Shown here piece by piece: positions 53,001-62,000 of a stretch of 64,000 bases of DNA. A model generated the notes under the pieces. That model had not been told where the DNA came from and made no database searches. It saw only the letters and a list, made by a program, of their open reading frames with translations. The DNA is from Phoronis australis. Its lineage: Eukaryota > Animalia > Phoronida. Location: NCBI GenBank assembly GCA_002633005.1, contig NMRA01000039.1, positions 427,225-491,224 of the forward strand, given 5' to 3'. A program made the position numbers and the translations under genes. The number at the start of each line of letters is the position of its first letter. Position 1 is the first letter of the stretch.

Positions 53001-56000
53001 ATAGAACAGGACAGTGCAAATGTTTTAAAACTGATCATAGCACCTTTAATTCATTTAAAGCCACAAAACATGTTCACAGTCATTTTTTGACTTCATGACA
53101 CTAAATTAATGTGATCTAGACCACCACTTTGGTATGTTATTCGCCTGAACGTTATAAAAATTTTCTGAACTTTGAAAACATATAACAGCTAAGGTCCCTA
53201 GTGATGTCCCGATAACAAAATGGTTTTTAGCAGGTTGGGAACTAGGCAGGGCGACTGATAGAGCATTATGGGTCTGTTTCATGATAGTGACTTTATGACT
53301 TAAAACAGAAATTTGGTCTTACACTTCACAATCACTGGGAACGGTTTAGCCAAGTAATTATGAGTGCATCAGTTGGACAATAATTTACAGAAATTATATC
53401 AGCACCTAGCAGTTAAGTGTATGATCCCAAAGACTTGGCACTTTTGCTCATGTGAGATTTAACTATTTTTCATAAATAATTGTGTGTAGCATACAATCAG
53501 ATTTCTGACTTAAGTAAAATCTCACCTCCTTCAGGCACAAATAATTTATCAATAGCTTTGAACATTGTTTATCAGGCCACACTGTTTCAAAGTATCGTCT
53601 GCTTGTAACTATGGCACACAACTTCAAAGTATCGTCTGCTTGTAACTATGGCACACAACTTCAAAGTATCGTCTGCTTGTAACTATGGCACACAACTCGA
53701 ATATGGCACAACGTTAAATTAGCGTTATGCACCATTTATATAACAACATCTCACCTGTTTGCAACACTGAGTCCTAAATTGGAGAGATTCTACCATAAGT
53801 ATCAAATTATTTTTCATACAACAAACTCCAGATTAGACACTGTTGCATGATCTCGAGAACTGTGTAGCCCTAACATAACAACATGACTGTGCATTTTATG
53901 ACAAAGTATGTTCCATGGCTGTACTATATGTATGTCAAGCTACATTATAGGTTATAAAGATGACACGCTCAGCTCATTAACTAATATACAATTGGTAGAA
54001 TACAATAAAAAATAAACATAGTCGCGTAATAGCTGGAAATATCCGTAGAAAGACACTTTACTGTTGATGTAATGCCACTCCCGGATTCTAATTATTGAAA
54101 CTAGACCAAATTAAATTGAACCAATCAACTTACTGGGTTTAAATAAACTATTTAAAAAACAGACCTGCAAAAGCCATCTGATTTCAAAACTATACAAGCA
54201 ACACTATTAGTGTCATTAGAAGATAAATGTGCACTGTTACAATTTATAAGTGTCCCAGATACTCCACATAAGTGCTTGCCAGGTATAAGTTGACTAAATG
54301 TTCACTAAACTTCTCAGTGAATAAACATTAAACAAAGAAAAAACAACTGCAATACAGTACTTGTCAAAAGAAATATGGTTCTGAATATCCGTATTCAAAA
54401 ATACTAAAACGCCAGTTTTGGGACCTTCATATAATGTAGGGTAATGTACGGGACTGTACACAACACAAACCATCACATGATGAGAACTTCAAGGTGTCTC
54501 AAAATGCACCCTACCCAGGTGATCACACACGCAGGTTCAAAAATGTCCACGGAATCGAATATAACAGAAAAATTAGGAGTTATCAAGCACTTGCGTTAAT
54601 CCTGGCATGTACTGAGCCGAGTGCTAACAACAGCACTGGTCCCCCACATGGTAAACAGATTCTTGTGATGGGTGAGATAAGGTCACGTAGGACCCCAGAA
54701 AAATTGCGAATTTGGCTAATTTCTGAACATCAAATCTCAGAAATGGCTGGTCGGTTTCTTATAATCGGCGCAGACTTATGTTAGGTCATGTGGTGTAGCC
54801 AACAGGTGGCGTGCAGACCACGCTTAAAAATGTTTGTGACACTAAATTTTATGCACTAACCTACAAAATGTTTTGAAGAATTGTTTTTAAAATGTTCTAC
54901 TTCTGCATGAGAGGTTAAAAAACTACGTCAGGGCTTCATGATTTTAAGGAAAAATTTCGAGCAGCAAGAAAAGAAAACAAAATAATTTAGAAAACTGTAA
55001 CGTTGTTGTCAAACTTAAGACTTTCGACTTGCAGGAAATATATACTTTAACTGATTTAAAATCTATAGTTTTGTAGATATTTGTCTCAATACACAAACTT
55101 GTGGATAAGGCCCTACATAACGTTACAAATGTACTAGATCAACTTAACTTACAGGCTACAGCAGTACACAACACACAAGCACAATAGGGAAATAAATGTC
55201 AGTTTGAGAGCTGAACTGTCACCAGGTGACAACTGCAAATGTTCCAAGAGAATGCTGCATTTTAGAACTCCAGTTTTTCACACCATGCACGCGTTTCCAG
55301 CTATAGGCTTATGTTAACCGTATTGTAGACAAATTCTCCTAAATTCAAATCATTCACCTCAGAACCAACAAACATCATGGACAATTTTACTCGCCACACA
55401 CAGATGTCATATTAAAGTCTATTCACGAGAAGTAATGAAATGCCACTACATAGACACCAGATACTTGCTTCCCAAAGAGTCCATTGGCCTTTATCTTTAG
55501 ACTTTAGCCATAAGTCAGATGTATGCAAAAAATAGTCAAATCTTTTTGGCTTTTAGCCTTCTCCCCAGCAGGCTACGGATTGCTGTCTCTTGGCATCGAG
55601 TTATAGACAGATTTTTTTACTTCCAGCCTCAGTGTGATTTCATGAAACAGGCCAAGCCATTCGTCGACTTATTTTTAGACAAAATCAAGACGAATGCCGC
55701 TAGACTGTCCAGACACAGACCGCACAACTTCTTTCTCACAACAATAATCTATAATAATTCTTTGGGGGAAGAGTATTACAAACTGATGAATCAACAAGTA
55801 GAACTCACCGCAAATTCTACGATAGCAGATAAAATCCAATACCTTTTAGAAAACGTGAAATGTCAGACACCTATAATTGTCCCATTCAAGAAAATTAAAG
55901 CAAAAATAATGCCTCAGAAACTAGTGCGAAAGGTAAAGTTCCCGTGTCTATTTCAAAAATTCAGTTTATTTTCACATTACCTGTTCCTTCAACATCATGG

Positions 56001-59000
56001 CCTGTTGGCGTTTCAACTCTCGTTCCTGTAACAATAAACGGCAATCACCCATAATTACATTAGCAAGATCTTAGAACGGAGTGTTCACATGTTGAGGGCT
56101 GTTCCGCGTGAAACTTTTCTGGAACTTGACACAAAGTACAATGTCGACGCATGAGAAAATTTTTTGAAGAACCTGAAATAAGACAAACCGTTACACCAAC
56201 AATTATTCTAAAAGCCTAGTTTTGGTAAATTTGCCCAAAACATTTTCTCACAGGGAAAAGGCATTACTGATCAGACGTGAGAATTTCTTGCTTGAAAAGC
56301 TGCGTTTTGCCCTGTTCAGCTGGCTGAAAAAGCAAGTTCTCTTACTCTCCTAAATCAGATTTCAAAGAATTCATTACTGTCACAGGATTCAGCTTCCGCT
56401 ACAAACTTAATTAAGGCACCGCTAATGCCTACATCCTCTATTTAAAATTCACAATTTTAAGGTTGGTCAACCACAATAAACCCTGAAACGTTTCATCGGA
56501 TCGTTAATGGTTTCGATGTTACTGTTGGTAATAGAATTCTATAACAACAAAATAATAATGACACCGATTTTATGAGGGCAAAAGGTCTGATTCTATTTTT
56601 ATTTCTAGGCTGTTACACAGAGTGAAATGCAGCTTATGAAACAAAAAAGAGTGAACTGTGCAGAATGTAAAAGACCTATAACACAAAATATCACCCACGG
56701 CAACAGCAGAGATGTTGTAACCCAGGAAAGATCGTTATTGTTCTAAGTACAAAGACTTGTCAAGCAGAATAGCCACACTTGACGTTATAAGTCAAACTAC
56801 AACATTCCAAACTGTGCACAAGCTGTTAATAGTGCATCCACAAACACTTCTAAAGGTTGATGGGAAGTTGGAAGCCTTTTACAGATAGCAGGCAACTGCA
56901 GGCATGGATACAGGAAGGGAGGGGGTCCAAGCAACCCAGACAACCCCATTCGGCCACTTTTGTCTTGTTGAAGCCTTTATACCTGTTAAGGTATAGTCAG
57001 GCACCCTTTAAGCAATATTCTCAGATGCATGGCTGCTCTGTACAAAAGTTTGAGTTGAAAAGATGATATTTTTCCAAAGTGCAGGGTGCTGAGGGTATTT
57101 CCAGAACAAACACATCCTCGTATGCAGTGTGTGAGCTTGAAAAAATATTGTTACCTCAACTGTACAGTGCACATCACACTTACCAAATTGTTTTGAGGTC
57201 GTGTCTAAGCTGGTAGTGAACACACTAACACAACCATTCTACATACACCTCTTTAGTGTCAGGAGAGCACATAAGCATCTTTCGCCCGACTCAATTTCAA
57301 ATTCTGATATGCAAAATGAGCCATGTTGACAGGGACGAAATGTGTTTCTTTCATTCAGCACCATTTTGATACGTTACACATTTTCGGGTGAAATGCATCA
57401 GAACCCCACTATACAACAATGACAATTTGACAACAAGATGGCCGCACAGAATTTATAAAAAAACGCCGAAAAACGTCACACTGCTATAAATCTATACAAG
57501 AATTCATAAGGCTATCCACCAACTACCCTATCGTCATTTAGCAACGAGGCAAATTCCATCACGTCGCCGCTAACTGGATAGATAGCTATTAGCAGGACAG
57601 TAAGCAAATGAAGCGTGAGCAAGAAGGAGAAAGAAATAGAGGCATGGAAAGATGACGACAAACCTTGGCCTTTTTCATCGCCTCGGCATACTTTTGGTTT
57701 TGAAGCTCCTCCTTCCTCCGTTTTTTAGCCTGCACATGCAACATGGACAGAATAGGTCTAAATACACAACACAATTACTACACCAAAGACAGCAGTTAGT
57801 GGCAGTGACGGCAAACTAGTCCGCGGAGTCACCGCGCTTGCAAACCAAGTCACTATTTAGTTTTGCGCAGAGGCAGATTCCTCGCCTGAACTAAATTGCC
57901 TGCACGATTCTGAAAGATTGCCTCCCCTGACATGACATTCTAGCACATGGTGGCAATTAAAACATAAATTTCAAGCAAAAGCTCTCTCTAAATTTAAGGC
58001 TGCTCCTAAAGACTCGATATGGGAGGGGTGAAGGTACCCGAAATAAGAAATTGTGGGCGGATGTATTCAGAACAAATAAAAAACGATCAGTGATCATTAT
58101 TGCAAAAAATAAAATACTATCAGCTGTTGGTGTTTTTAGATCCAGAAATTTGTCACGATGGGTATTATCCCCTCTTCCATGATTCAAAGAACATGTACAA
58201 CAAATTAGATTTTCATGTGTTATCTACAATGATTTGATGCCACAAAACACAGATGAACATGTTCACTTTTATGACTGGCTTCTAACGTTTTCGAGACTGG
58301 TGGACACAGATGGCCGTTAGTGACAGTAATGTCTGAACATACTATGTTGCAACATAATAGGTCAACTTGGCTTCTGCTCATGATGGCTCGCACAGCTTTC
58401 TTATCCTAACCAGTTAGAAACCTTTGAAGTGAGCAGCAGTTTATAAGTAAGGAACTAAAAGGGAGTACAAAATGTTTTGGTGAAGATGAATAATTGAGTA
58501 TCAGTATTTGTGGATCATCCTAGATCATCAGTACATACCCCATGTCCTAGATCACCAGTACATACCCCATGTACTTATGTTAATCCTAAAACCGTATTAC
58601 ATAATAGTTATAATTCTGTTGAACATTTGACTGCTTTTGTGCACCTGAAAGCTCAGACTTTAGGTTGACTGGAACTTGTTTAAATTCAAGTAACTTAAGA
58701 ACATAATTTAAAAAACATTAGACTGGTTGCACTCCAAATTAAACAATACTGATGGTGGGTTAAAAAAAGAAAACAAAAGTATAAGTGGCAGGTGCAAAAA
58801 ATACCTTAAGCGTCCTCCCATATGGATTGTACGGGATCAGCCTTTAGATTACTATAATCTCATTTGCATTCTGAGAGCAACAAATGGCTTGGCAGTTTTG
58901 ATAACTTTTCATATTTGCTAAATGCAGGACAAATTTCCAACACAGTTGGTTCCTAACACAGGAATGCCCCACCCTCCCAAACCAACACTTTGGGCTTACT

Positions 59001-62000
59001 TTTGTTTCAATAAAAAATGTTCGTTTTGTAAGTTCTAATGCTAAGCCAGGAATACACCAAGAATGCACACACAGTACAACTTTTGAAACTGACAAAGCAT
59101 AACCTTTGCAAATTTTTTCAGATGGGTTAATTCACTTGGTGTTCTAAATAAGCAATTGCAAACAGTATCTTTGCAACATTTTCACTGACTGCTTTTGAAG
59201 AATTAAGTGATTGTGTTTCTGGCCAGCAGAACATCAGTTAATGTGCCTGTGAACACCACTTCCAACAGTACCACTATCATTGTGATTATAAGTCATCAAA
59301 ATCTAGAAAATGCAGACATCCAATTTTCATCAAAACTCATAAACATTTAGCACCATCACATGCCTGCGACACTTGAAGGTTCCTATGGTTGGTAACAGGG
59401 GCCATCAGATACACGGACTCAAATTATTATTATTTGCGTATGTGTGACCTTCATGCACTACAATGTGTGGGAATTCCTCTGGGAGAACAGACTAAAACAA
59501 GAGTAGGCATCAGGAGACTAAGGATTGATAATAACTCCCTCTGCTGTAATAACTTAACATCGCGTATGCAGATATGAAACATCCCGAGAGATAATTTAAG
59601 ACCACAAAATTACCCGAGGTATTCTGTATAAGGGGTTGGCTACTCCCCATGGCATGTCACAAATTAACATCAAATAAGGTCCAAATTCGAGAGTGGCCAC
59701 TTAACATACTGTGGGAGATTACCCAGAGTAACAATTAAACAGCAGACCAATAGGCACAACCTCAATCTTAATCTTCCCTCTTGCAGAGGTAGCAAAAGAG
59801 CATTGGGGTATTTTACGATGTCCATCTTTCCCTGAGTTACAATGTTGACAAAAAAGGTGCTCACAGCCACTTTTGAACTGCATCCAGAGTCTGTCAACAT
59901 CAAAACAATCGATGAGGTATTAGACGGGTGGGAATTAATGTTTAAACAAAATGCCTCTGTGTCAGTAAGTGAAAACATTTGACCTCCACAACCAGGCAGG
60001 CTTCCAACTCAAAATCAATACAGACATGACCAACTACCTTTTATTCCAAGCAACTAAAGCAGTACGCATGCGGTAAGCGCTAAAGAAGCAACTAATTTAC
60101 CTTAAGACATTTTTAAAATGCACTAAAACAATCTTCCACAAGAAGCGACAGTGCATTTTTGTTTTTTAAGCCAACTGCCCGATCAGACTCTGGCAGTTAC
60201 TATTTGTAAAATCTACTTCAATGATGCCTCAAAGATAACGAACTTCCCCTATGGCAATTTTTGGCAGGGAAGACCTTAAAGTGAAAGTTCTGCCTTAACT
60301 GAGACAACACATGCCGTGGGAGCCCAGAAAAACGTTTCTGGTCCAACTTTGCTCTCAATGACCTTGAGATTCTGGTTACAAACACAAGTTCAAATTTCGA
60401 GCTCCATCCCAACCTATACCCGTAATGCTAGGGATATCAAGTGTCAATGTGAACTACAAACTCATCATAAACATTATACTAGAAGTAGAACAGAAAATGT
60501 CACCGATAACTTGGAGCCAGAGTTCAAAAACTACAACCCAGGCTCTGGCCTTAGATGATGAAAGTTTGCGTAATACAAAACCAAAGTACAATCTGCATAA
60601 GGGAAAGGCTACAATACCAGTATAACACTTCACTGAGACAAAATATGGTACAACAATAGGAAAGATCAACGAATAATTTCATTTATTTAGATCTATACTT
60701 TACTAAATATTATATTTTTTGTGCACAACCATACAGTTAAGATCAAATTGTTCAACTTCAACGTTGAAACAGGGGGAGACGAAGAAGGGTGATGTCAGCT
60801 GTCCAAAGCATAGAACCGGCGGACCAGTGCCAACTAGTGCCAAGTTCTTGATATTGGTTGCTGCTGGCTTACTCAAACTGTCACAACCAACTCAAATTTC
60901 TTGGCTGAGCACAAAGAAATTTACAAGTAAACCAGGAAAATAGGTTTTCAGGGGGGATATTGTGGTCACGGGGATAACAAGTCGGCGGGTGTTCCATAGA
61001 CTTTGTGAGAAATGTAGTTGTAAGAAGACCATAGTTTCACAACTCAAAACATCACCAGTCTTATGTTTCATGTGGCATTGCACACTGCTTTTCTACCAGT
61101 TTCAAAATAACTAAAAGTACCAGAACCACAACATCAGTGATATTTGACAAAAAGTACCCATACAAAGAAAAAGCATTACAAGGTACTATACACAACAATC
61201 TGGTGACAATATGGTGAAACCCGCAGGACATCATGCAATAAAACATTTTGGGTGAGAACACAAACACCCACAACCAGGGAATTTTGTAGAGCCATTGCCT
61301 AGGGATGTGGATGTCGATGCAAAGCTGGGAATTAGCCATACACCTTCAGTCACAATACAGTCAGCAATACCAGGCCATCGTGTAGCAAAATAATTTGGCT
61401 TATAAAAGTGCCACCCTGTGAATCACAATGAAGATGCATATCACAGTGTTGCCAGAACCCATCTAGCCCCAGCACGATGGACAGTCAGGCACCAAAATAT
61501 TTCTGCTGGAGAGAAAAACACTATCACCCATTGACAGGAATGTAAATGCATAGCAGTACACTACACACACCCTCTAGCTATACTACAGAGGTCACCACTA
61601 GGCCACAATCAGGGCACAAAAAGTGGAAAATTTTCCACGTGATGTATCGTTCTACAAATAAATAGGCTTATGTGATAAAAATACGTTTTGTGTTGTAAAA
61701 TTTAACTGCAAGAAAAGTTTTTGCATGAATAAAGGCAGAGCAATGATTAAAAACAAAAAAGGAAATCCTATTAAACGAGGAAAATTCCAAGACCTGCACA
61801 AGGCAACAAAATATTTCTCTATAACAGATACACAGTACAGCAGAGTACAGCCCATACCCCTTCAGTCACAGTACAATACCACCATCAGGCCCCCAAGCTG
61901 GAAATGCTCCACGGTCTTCAACATTTATACATAATAATGAACCCACAGCCATCAGCCACAGTAGGTGGCACCACCAGGCGACCACCTACCTCCAATAACC

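Noticed and set aside
54134-54164. Possible 31-nt poison exon (ttgcag|...|gtaagt); similar AG..GT pairs at ~53526-53555, ~55809 and ~60101
   Set aside because: Such pairs arise by chance in long introns; no homology or expression evidence.
55519-56031. 170-aa plus-strand intronic ORF
   Set aside because: No recognisable motif, AT-rich composition, and antisense to a real small exon; no other support.
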